This document shows positions 37,901 through 48,100 of a stretch of DNA of 64,000 nt, piece by piece. Position 1 is the first letter of the stretch. Every line of letters starts with the position of its first letter. This DNA is from Eledone cirrhosa. Its lineage: Eukaryota. Location of the stretch: contig OZ024741.1 in assembly GCA_964016885.1 (NCBI GenBank), forward strand, positions 87,110,001 through 87,174,000, given 5' to 3'. A model generated the notes under the pieces. It was not told the origin of the DNA and made no database searches. It saw only the letters and a list, made by a program, of their open reading frames with translations. The position numbers and the translations under genes were made by a program.

Positions 37901-37960
37901 TTTTAACGGTTAAAAATTACTATACCTTACAGAGCCGAGCCTCCGTCAACCATGGCATTC
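32000..37960 (-). mobile_element. Full-length Tx1 copy 2, frameshifted and with small deletions, in (AAT)n
   Basis: Collinear with copy 1 and has the same termini. Deletions near 33225 and 34480, several 1-bp indels, and a stop in ORF1. Confidence 0.92.
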
Positions 37961-37981
37961 AATAATAATAATAATAATAAT

Positions 37982-40376
37982 TCCCTGGGGCGGAGCAAAC
38001 TAAAACATTCTGGAGAGGAATATGGGAGCAGGATGTTAGACACAATGCCCAGGCAGGGTGGATTGAGACAGTACAGAGGGAGATCGGTGAGCAGGCACAG
38101 CAACAGACTGATTTGAGTATCACAGTTGAAACTCTTAAGGGGCAAGCCAAAAAACTAACCAACTGGAAATCACCAGGCCCAGATGGTGTGCAGGGGTATT
38201 GGATTAAACATTTAACATCCCTCCACCCGAAGCTGACGGCCATGTTCAATGACTGCTTGGTGTCGGGTGAGGTGCCAGAGTGGTTGACAAAAGGTACCAC
38301 AGTTCTGATAATGAAAGACCGAATCAAGGGTAATGATGTTACCAACTATAGACCTATCACATGTCTGCCCGTAATGTGGAAACTGTTGACGAGCATTGTG
38401 TCTGAGGAAATCTACCATCACCTCTACACAAACAACTTGTTGCCGGACGAACAGAAAGGATGCCGAAAGAAGTCACGTGGTACAAAGGACCAGTTGCTTA
38501 TTGATAAGATGGTAATGGGGAATTGCAGGAGGAGACACACTGATCTTGCCATGGGATGGATAGACTACAGAAAGGCATTTGACATGGTGCCTCATTCCTG
38601 GATCACCAAAAGCCTGGAGATCTTCAGGGTGGCAGATAACATCAGACAGTTGCTAGGCAGGAGTATGGGGTCCTGGGAGACAGAGTTGACATCAACTGGA
38701 GTATCCTTGGGAAGCGTGAAGATCAAGAGAGGTATCTTCCAGGGAGATAGCCTGTCCCCTCTGTTGTTTGTCCTTGCCCTGATGCCCTTGACCATTATGC
38801 TGCGAAAAGTGAGAGCAGGATACAAGTTGGGAAGGGGAGAGCTTGCCATCAATCACCTCCTCTTCATGGACGATCTTAAGCTCTTCGGGAAAAGTGAGAA
38901 GGAGTTGGATGTGCTTGTTGACACTGTCCGTATTTTCAGCAGTGATATATGTATGCAGTTTGGTATTGGTAAATGTGGAGTCATTGTGATGAGGAGGGGT
39001 AGGTTGAGCAGAAGTAACGGGATCCAGATACCAACAGGTGAGATGATAAAGGAAATTGACTCTGAGGAAGGATACAAGTATTTGGGCGTTCTGGAGGCTG
39101 ATGGCATAAAGAACAAAAAAATGAAGGAATTGTTAAGAACTGAATACATTCGGAGAGTAAGGAGCGTATTGAAGTCACATCTGAACAGCAGAAATGCCAT
39201 AAGCGCAGTAAATTACCGAGCTGTGTCTATTATTAGGTACAGTGCGGGAATTCTGAGATGGAATGTTGCTGAACAAAAAGAAATGGATAGGAAGACTAGG
39301 AAGCTATTGACTATCTACAACATGTTCCACAAGAGGAGTGATGTCGATAGACTCTACCTAAGGAGATCTGAGGGTGGAAGAGGTCTTATCAGCATAGAGG
39401 ACTGTGTTCAGATGGAGAAAAACAACCTATACAAATACGTGACCTATAGTAAGGAGCCAATGCTCAGAACTGTACTGAAGGAGGGGACAGTAGGCCAGGG
39501 GATGTCCAAGGAGGAAATAACACCAAGGAGGAAGAGCAGCCTTAAGGGAAAATCCCTTCATAGTACCTTCTTTGAGAAAACTGAATTTAGAGATCCACAG
39601 ACATGGAACTGGTTGAGAAGAGGAGACCTCAAAAAGGCTACAGAAGGAATGCTAATGGCTGCGCAGGAGCAGGCCCTCAAAACGAAGTGGTTGAAGCACC
39701 ATATCTACAAGGAAGAGGCTAGCCCACTGTGCAGGATCTGTGGAGAGAGAGAGGAGACTGTGGCTCACATTGTGTCCGAGTGTAAACACCTAGCCCAGAC
39801 CCACTATAAGGGCTGGAGACACGATGTGATGGGCAGGGTGATCCACTGGCACCTTTGCAAAGTAAACAATTTACCACATTCTGAGAAATGGTATGAGCAT
39901 AGGCCAGAGGCGGTGATGGAGAACAATCAGGTGAAGGTGCTGTGGGATTTTAGGATACAGACGGACAAAAAACTGGAACACAATAGACCTGACCTGGTGG
40001 TTGTGGACAAAGAAAAAAGATCGTGTCTGATTGTGGATGTGGCCTGCCCTTTCGACACGAGAGTGCAAGAGAAGGAGAGGGAGAAAATTAACCGATACCA
40101 GGACCTAAAGTGGGAGGTGAAACGGATTTGGAACTGCCATGAAGTCAAAGTGATCCCGATTGTCATAGGCGCACTGGGGACTATCTCCAAAAGTTTCCAG
40201 GGATGGTTAAAGAAAATCGGCCCCTTCACGCTTTTTGGAACGCTTCAAAAGGCATGCTTGCTTGGAACAGCAAGAACCCTCCGATACGTCCTGAATATCT
40301 GAGGCTGCAGGTAGTGGCTTGATATTCAATCCAACGGACTTTCCAGTTAACCAACATCAATGACTGAGATTCAAGG
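37982..40376 (+). mobile_element. Dong/R4 family B, copy 5 (5'-truncated, reading frame uninterrupted)
   Basis: Open frame from 37981 to 40302. (TAA)n on both sides. Confidence 0.92.
38113..40302 (+). CDS. RT + CCHC + restriction-like endonuclease of family B (N-terminally truncated)
   Basis: NYRPITCL, FMDDLKLF, YKYLG, CRIC..HIVSEC, RHD, RPD..D..K. Confidence 0.8.
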   Translation: MSITVETLKGQAKKLTNWKSPGPDGVQGYWIKHLTSLHPKLTAMFNDCLVSGEVPEWLTKGTTVLIMKDRIKGNDVTNYRPITCLPVMWKLLTSIVSEEIYHHLYTNNLLPDEQKGCRKKSRGTKDQLLIDKMVMGNCRRRHTDLAMGWIDYRKAFDMVPHSWITKSLEIFRVADNIRQLLGRSMGSWETELTSTGVSLGSVKIKRGIFQGDSLSPLLFVLALMPLTIMLRKVRAGYKLGRGELAINHLLFMDDLKLFGKSEKELDVLVDTVRIFSSDICMQFGIGKCGVIVMRRGRLSRSNGIQIPTGEMIKEIDSEEGYKYLGVLEADGIKNKKMKELLRTEYIRRVRSVLKSHLNSRNAISAVNYRAVSIIRYSAGILRWNVAEQKEMDRKTRKLLTIYNMFHKRSDVDRLYLRRSEGGRGLISIEDCVQMEKNNLYKYVTYSKEPMLRTVLKEGTVGQGMSKEEITPRRKSSLKGKSLHSTFFEKTEFRDPQTWNWLRRGDLKKATEGMLMAAQEQALKTKWLKHHIYKEEASPLCRICGEREETVAHIVSECKHLAQTHYKGWRHDVMGRVIHWHLCKVNNLPHSEKWYEHRPEAVMENNQVKVLWDFRIQTDKKLEHNRPDLVVVDKEKRSCLIVDVACPFDTRVQEKEREKINRYQDLKWEVKRIWNCHEVKVIPIVIGALGTISKSFQGWLKKIGPFTLFGTLQKACLLGTARTLRYVLNI

Positions 40377-40411
40377 AATAACAACAATAATAATAATAAT
40401 AATAATAATAA

Positions 40412-41442
40412 TTGAGTTGGAAATGGAGAGAGGAGTATATCAGGCTAATCAGCCAGTGGGAAATGAAGGTGAAGAGGTTGAAGCAACCGAAGCAGACAAT
40501 GATCCGAATACAGAAATAAATAACATCTGGAACAAAGATACGGCCACTGAGGAAATAATTGCTGACGGACTTGGGCAAGGTTCGGTTGATATTCTGAATT
40601 TAGTGGTATATGAAATGAACAATGATAGTGGGAAACCTATGAACATAAGATTTGTAGACAGGAAAAAGTTAAAAGAAACAACAGCTAAGGTAAACAAGGT
40701 CATCCCATACCTTGAGGCGAGGAACCTTCACCAATGCAACAATATCCTCAAAGCAACAGCAAATGTGGTGAAAAAATTACTTCGTATAAAAACGAGAGGA
40801 AACAACAAACAAGAATGATCAGAACCTTGGTGGAAGAAACGACTGAATCGTCAAATCAAGGAAATGAGAAAAGACATTGGAAAGCTTGAGTCTTTACTGG
40901 ATGGGATATTACAAAACATAGTCACTAAAGATAGATCGAACATAAAATACAAAACTAGGGGAAAAGAACTAAATGTTATCATAGAGGAACTGATGCTACG
41001 CATTGTAGCAAAAATTGCAAAGATTAGGCGGTATGAGAACAGAGTTAGTCAGTATATACAGAACCGCATGTTTGACAACCAGAAGATGTTGTTTGAACAG
41101 CTTGAAGGGAAAGAAAGAGGTAACGACGTGATCCCTGAGGCTGAACAGACTAAGACACTCTGGAGAGGAATAGGGGAGCAGGATGTTGAACATAATAGTC
41201 AGACAGTGTGGATTGAGACAGTTCAAAAGGAGATTAGTGAACAAGCACACCAACAACCTGATTTGAGTATCACAGTTGAAACTTTTAAAGGGCAACAACC
41301 AACAACTAACCAACTGGAAATCACCAGGTCCAGATGGTGTGCAAGGAAATTGGACAACAAATACAACATCCCTCCACCCAAAACTGACAGCCATGTTCAA
41401 TGACTGCTTGGTGTCGGGTGAAGTACCAGAGTGGTTGACAAA
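40412..41442 (+). mobile_element. Dong/R4 family B, diverged N-terminal segment (copy 6)
   Basis: Aligns to 13011-13965 with stops and frameshifts. Confidence 0.8.
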
Positions 41443-41670
41443 TCCCAAGAAACCCGCGTATAGAAGAAATACAAAATATTGAGCTAATGGGAACTACCCA
41501 TATACTAAGGAAGATTCTGTCAATATAAATACATCACAAGTGTAAACACCTAAAGATACATGTATGTGTGTGTATGTGTTTTTTCTTGAACATGACGGAC
41601 CTTGTTGTCTCTTGAGGTCCCTGGTTGTGACTTGGTGATAACTCATATGAACATAAAGCAACATAAATGG
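41441..41670 (+). mobile_element. Family C 3' end, copy 2, fused to family B copy 6
   Basis: Aligns to 11737-11960 and is followed by degenerate (AAT/AAC)n. Confidence 0.75.
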
Positions 41671-42422
41671 AAAAAAAGTATTAATAACAACAACAAAAAT
41701 AATAATAAATGGAAGGTAAAAAAAATCCAAAACCAAGATATAAAAGTTCCACTTTTCCCCACTTGCCGAACAAGATAGAGGAAACCCCAGCATACATAGG
41801 TAGATTTACTTTTTTTCTTTTTCCCTTTATCTCTTCTTATCACTTGCTTCCACTCCTTCTCCTCTTCCCTTTTCCTCTTTCGCCTACCCTGAGGAAGCCC
41901 ATCGGGCTTCTGTAGCCTCAGTACCCCCACCCCAGTAAATTGGCCGAAAACGTAATACCAGCTAAAAATATAGCAGCTGCTTTAAACTCTAGAGATTTTT
42001 TATTATTTTTTACTATTTAATTATTTAATTATTTTTATTTATTATCTTTTAATCTCAATTTATTAACCATTTAATTTTATAACGTCCCACTCTCAGATTT
42101 TTCGCCTGCTTTCTACCTAGCCTAATTTCATACACACTCCTTAGAATTTGCTGTATAGAATTTACTTTCAACGCTTGACCGGCTCCACCCACTCCCTCAT
42201 TATTCTACAGGCAAGTTTAGCCACCCCCACCCCCCACCCACCACCATGAAAGATTTAATTGTATTTACAAGAAATTTTGACGAATCCTTTTGACAACTAC
42301 AATCTTCCCATATAACGAATTACCCCTTGAAAAGTTCGGCTATTTATCACCACGCTAAAAATTCTAATTTAGTCCAGAAATAGCCGTCAAAACGGCTTGA
42401 GCTCTGCCGTCGGAGTTAAACA

Positions 42423-42480
<58 letters not shown>

Positions 42481-42499
42481 GTTACAACAGTGACATATA

Positions 42500-42547
42500 C
42501 AGTTACTTAAGTTTCGTTGCGTTATACACCCCAACTCATTCAGTCTG
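42500..42547 (-). ncRNA. Minimal type I hammerhead motif with palindromic stem III (Penelope-like)
   Basis: Minus: CAGA-CTGAATGA-GTTG..CAAC-GAAAC-TTAA-GTA-ACTG. It has one extra base in the CUGANGA box and lies next to (TA)n. Confidence 0.55.
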
Positions 42548-43391
42548 TTATATAAAATAAAAATGGCTGCCTTCACAAGTTGATTTGATGTTTTTTGAAA
42601 ATGTACGAGAGTTCTTCAAGGTTAGGTAATTTAGAATTTAGATATAGATAAACAAATCTCTTAGATAATGTAAAAGGAGGTAACTCTAAAAAACACAAAG
42701 GTTTTCCTTTCCATTACATTGGTTATATTTTAGTAAATGTTTATTAGTAGCTACAACTATGGATTGTATATTGGTCCTATTACAATCTTATCAAGGGTTC
42801 GAGTTGTTCTGGAGTGATCTGTCTAATGGTTTAATTTCAGGAAGTGATATTAGTACTCACAACACAAGTACATTTGAACATTACCGGAACAATTATCACA
42901 TTACATCCACCATAAACTTCATAGAAACTGCTTTTCATACACACGCATTTGTCTGCTTAATATGCTTTTATACCTGTATTGTATTATGTGATATCTTTGC
43001 CATACTGTGATATATATGCTTAGTATACTTGCTTGTTTCTTACCTGGTTATTCTGTACATGCCGAATACCTCTGCCATCTTTCTATACGTTTGCATATGT
43101 ACCGATAATGTCCTCATTTTGCGAGTAACTTTCTTCTTTAATTCCTCTATAATTGATGTATTATTCTTTTATAATCTTTGTCGCATCCACTGATACTTAC
43201 CACATCATCTTCACTCTTTAAATATGACACTGTTGATGACACTAACATCTACGTATCTTTACAATTGTTCTGTGGAATAGGAAGTTAATTATATGTCAAA
43301 ACTTTGCTAGTGCTCCGATGATCCCAAACGAAAGTTTGGAAGAAACGATTGACAGCAATAAATTGTTTTGAACATAGTTTTGATTATTCTG

Positions 43392-43488
<97 letters not shown>

Positions 43489-43494
43489 CATACA

Positions 43495-43549
<55 letters not shown>

Positions 43550-43571
43550 GGAGAGAGAGAGAGAGAAAGAG

Positions 43572-43872
43572 AGAATAGAAAACGAAAAATCAGTGATGCA
43601 ACTGAACTCAATTTATTGTGTGTTACAATTGTTTCCCCGGCGGACAGCTCGAGACGCGATCATTGTGTGGATCTGTCTGATTCTGGACTCGCAGGTTCGA
43701 CGGACAGTGAGAGAATATGCTCCGAAATCATTAGACGAGTCCGTCGAACCTGCGGGTCCAGAATCAGACAGATCCACACAATGATCGCGTCTCGAGCTGT
43801 CCGCCGGGGAAACAATTGTAACACACAATAAATTGAGTTCAGATGCATCACTGATTTTTCGTTTTCTATTCT
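43572..43872. repeat. Near-perfect palindrome: 134-bp arms, 33-bp spacer, 2 mismatches (fold-back Penelope-like pseudo-LTR)
   Basis: 43572-43705 is reverse-complementary to 43739-43872 and contains the hammerhead 3' half GAAAC-AATT-GTA. Confidence 0.85.
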
Positions 43873-44536
43873 ATCATACTCTACTCTGTAAAAGCATAGA
43901 GTGCTCAACCGGCATACCGCCTATGGAAGCATCTTAGCTACCATCAGACACACATACACACACACATATATATATATATGCTTATAAAGATGAATATATG
44001 TATACGCATATATGTCTATTGTGTATGGGTGTGTTTATGTCTGTATATTTATGTGCGGATACCTAAGTGTGTCTTGGTAAGTATAAGTAGATGATTAAAT
44101 CTTTACTACTAGCTATCTTCAAGCAATAGGAAACAGATGTAGGATTGCAAGCTGAAATGAAAAGAGCGACCCGATGTGGATGCAGTGGGCTGTTCTAGAC
44201 ATTTCCACTGTGCCTTTGTTTCATATCCAGACTTGCTTTAGTTGTTTGCAGAGCATTATGTAAATTCCCTTTGAAATGACCTCGAGAGTCAAAACAGTTG
44301 TTTTGGAAAAATTGATGTTAGTTGCAAATTGCAAATTGCTAACTGTTAGCATATATTCATTTGTATATTGTTGAGACACTATTGAAATAATATTTACACG
44401 TAATCTTAAAGAAATCTTATCAATATAAAAGGAAATATAAATATTGTAATTAAGAATGAGAATATCGATAATTGAACAAAGAAAGGATCCTTATAATCAA
44501 TGTGACCAACCGAGCAGAGTTAGCTATAAAGTTGTT

Positions 44537-44700
44537 TAGGTGCAAGATTGCATGGTAAAGGAATTAGCTTCGCCCTCAGAAGATTCCAGATTTGTTCACA
44601 CTGCGTAGTACATTGGGCGTATTCTACAAGAGTCTCGCGTTGAACCAACACTTGTGAAATAAACTGAGCAGATAGAAACTGTATGGAAACCCACTGGCGG
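44537..44700 (+). mobile_element. Highly degenerate tRNA-derived SINE
   Basis: TAGGTGCA..TGGTAA..TTCACACTGCGTAGTACATTGGGC..AGAAACTG pattern resembles abundant cephalopod SINEs (recognised from memory). Confidence 0.35.
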
Positions 44701-45146
44701 GACATTACTTCCTTTAGGGTGATAAATGTAATGTGTTTAACATCATTCGAACCATTGGGCGCATTTAACCGCGTTCACTCTGTTGAAAGCATTCGGACCA
44801 GATCTCGGATTTGAGGATATCTCAATATCTTGAATCACTGTTTTATACAACACCAGTTGATGAGTCGTGCTTTCTTCTTTCATCTCTCTGACATTTCTCT
44901 GACCAGTCTTATAAGACCTAAAGCAAGGTTAGATGTTAAAGTTTTACGTTTCAGCCTTAACATTCAGATAAAAAGTCTTAACATTCAGTCTTCACATTCA
45001 AATATAAAGTAATAACATGCAGATGTAAAGTCATAAGTTTCAATCATAACGTTTAGCTGTTAAAGTCAGAACAGTGAAGAAAAATCATTTAAATATCGAT
45101 ACAAATAACTTCTAGCGATAGAAAATAATAAACTCAGTTAAAATAA

Positions 45147-48100
45147 TGTAGTGGTGGTGTAGTGTTGGTGTATTGGTGGTGTATTGATGGTGTATTGGTG
45201 GTGTATTGGTGGTGTATTGGTGGTGTAGTGGTGGTGTAGTGGTGGTGTATTGGTGGTGTAGTGTTGATGTACTGGTGGTGTACTGGTGGTGTAGTGTTGA
45301 TGTACTGGTGGTGTAGTGGTGGTTTAGTGGTGGTGTACAGGTGGTGTAGTGTTGATGTACTGGTGGTGTAGTGGTGGTGTATTGGTGGTGTATTGATGGT
45401 GTATTGGTGGTGTATTGGTGGTGTATTGGTGGTGTAGTGGTGGTGTAGTCGTGGTGTATTGGTGGTGTAGTGTTGATGTACTGGTGGTGTACTGGTGGTG
45501 TAGTGTTGATGTACTGGTGGTGTACTGGTGGTGTAGTGTTGATGTACTGGTGGTGTAGTGGTGGTTTAGTGGTGGTGTACTGGTGGTGTAGTGTTGATGT
45601 ACTGGTGGTGTAGTGGTGGTGTATTGGTGGTGTATTGATGGTGTATTGGTGGTGTAGTGGTGGTGTATTGGTGGTGTAGTGTTGATGTACTGGTGGTGTA
45701 CTGGTGGTGTATTGGTGGTGTATTGGTGGTGTATTGGTGGTGTAGTGGTGGTGTAGCGGTGGTGTATTGGTGGTGTAGAGTTGATGTACTGGTGCTGTAC
45801 TGGTGGTGTAGTGTTGATGTACTGGTGGTGTAGTGGTGGTGTATTGGTGGTGTAGTGTTGATGTACTGGTGGTGTACTGGTGGTATAGTGTTGATGTACT
45901 GGTGGTGTAGTGGTGGTTTAGTGGTGGTGTACTGGTGGTGTAGTGTTGATGTACTGGTGGTGTAGTGGTGGTGTAATGGTGGTGTAGTGGTGGTATAATG
46001 GTGGTGTAGTGGTGGTGTAGTGTTGATGTACTGGTGGTGTATTGGTGGTGTAGTATTGATGTACTGGTGGTGTACTGGTGGTGTATTGGTGGTATACTGG
46101 TGGTGTATTGGTGGTGTAGTGTTGATGTACTGGTGGTGTATTGGTGGTGTAGTGTTGATGTACTGGTAGTGTAGTGTTGATGTACTGGTGGTGTAGTGGT
46201 CGCGTAGTAGTGGTGTACTGGTGGTGTATTGGTGGTGTACTGGTGGTGTAGTGTTGATGTAGTGGTGGTGTACTGGTGGTGTAGTGTTGATGTACTGGTG
46301 GTGTAGTGGTGGTGTAGTGTTGATGTACTGGTGGTGTATTGGTGGTGTATTGGTGGTGTATTGGTGGTGTAGTGTTGATATACTGGTGGAGTATTGGTGG
46401 TGTAATGGTGGTGTAGTGTTGATGTACTGGTGGTGTAGTGGTGGTGTAGTGTTGATGTACTGGTGGTGTAGTGGTGGTATACTGGTGGTGTACTGGTAGT
46501 GTATTGGTGGTGTACTGGTGGTGTAGTGTTGATGTACTGATGATGTATTGGTGGTGTACTGGTGGTGTAGTGTTGATGTACTGGTGGTGTATTGGTGGTG
46601 TACTGGTGGTGTATTGGTGATGTATTGGTGGTGTAGTGTTGATGTACTCGTGGTGTATTGTTGATGTGCTGGTGGTGTAGTGGTGGTGTAGTGGTGGTGT
46701 ATTGGTGGTGTACTGGTGGTGTAGTGTTGATGTACTGGTGGTGTATTGGTGGTATACTGGTGGTTTAGTGGTGGTGTATTGGTGTTTTACTGGTGGTGTA
46801 GTGTTGATGTACTGGTGGTGTACTGGTGGTGTATTGGTGGTATACTGGTGGTGTATTGGTGGTGTAGTGTTGATGTACTGGCGGTGTAGTGGTGGTGTAG
46901 TGGTGGTGTAGTGTTGATGTAGTGGTGGTGTACTGGTTGTGTAGTGTTGATGTACTGGTGGTGTAGTGCTGGTGTAGTGCTGGTGTAGTGTTGATGTACT
47001 GGAGGCGTAGTGTTGATGTACTGGTGGTGTAGTGGTGCTGTAGTGTGGATGTTCTGGAGGTGTAGTGGTGGTGTAGTGGTGGTGTTACGGGTGGAGCATT
47101 GGTGGTGTACTGTTGATGTATTGGTGGTCTATTAGTGGTGTATTGCTGATGTACGGGTGGTATATTGGTGGTGTATTGGTGGTGTACTGGTGGTTGTTTG
47201 GTGGTGTATTGTTGATGTATTGGTGGTGTAGTGTCGATATACTCGTGGTGTGTTGGTGGTGTACTGGTGGTGTAGTGTTGATGTACTCGTGGTGTATTGG
47301 TGGTATACTGCTGGTGTATTAGTGTTGTACTGGTGATTGGTGGTGTACTGGTGGTGTATTGGTAATGTACTGGTGGTGTATTGGTGGTGTACTGGTGGTG
47401 TATTGGTGGTATACTGGTGGTGTAGTGGTGGTGTATTGATGGGGTAGTGGTGGTGTAGTGTTGATGTACTGGTGGTGTATTCGTGGTGTACTGGTGGTGT
47501 ATTGGTGGTGTACTGGTGGTGTATTGGTGGTGTATTGATGGTGTACTGGTGGTGTTTTGGTAGAGTATTGGTGGTGTACTGGTGGTGGGTGGTGGTGTAG
47601 TGGTTGTATATTGGTGGTGTACTGGTGGTGTATTGGTGGTGTACTGGTGGTGTATTGGTGGTGTACTGGTGGTGTAGTAGTGGTGTATTGGTGGTATACT
47701 GGTGGTGTAGTGTTGATGTACTGGTGGTGTAGTCGTGGTGTAGTGTTGATGTACTAGTGTTGTATTGGTGGTGTACTGGTGGTGTAGTGTTGATGTACTG
47801 GTGGTGTAGTGTTGATGTACTGGTGGTGTAGTGGTGGTGTACTGGTGGTGTATTGGTGATGTATTGGTGGTGTAGTGTTGATGTACTTGTGGTGTATTGT
47901 TGATGTACTGGTGGTGTAGTGGTGGTGTACTGGTGGTGTATTGGTGGTGTACTGGTGGTGTAGTGTTGATGTACTGGTGGTGTATTGGTGGTGTACTGGT
48001 GGTGTAATGTTGATGTACTGGTGGTGTACTGGTGGTGTATTGGTGGTATACTGGTGGTGTATTGGTGGTGTAGTGTTGATGTACTGGTGGTGTAGTGGTG

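Noticed and set aside
24805-40376. Simple tandem segmental duplication of one Tx1+Dong unit
   Set aside because: The Dong partners start at different truncation points (30851 vs 37982) and the Tx1 3' halves differ. It cannot be fully excluded if followed by deletion.
41981-42420. Helentron-like element (short subterminal inverted repeat and ACGGC/GCCGT hairpin)
   Set aside because: Single copy in the window and the termini match is too weak.
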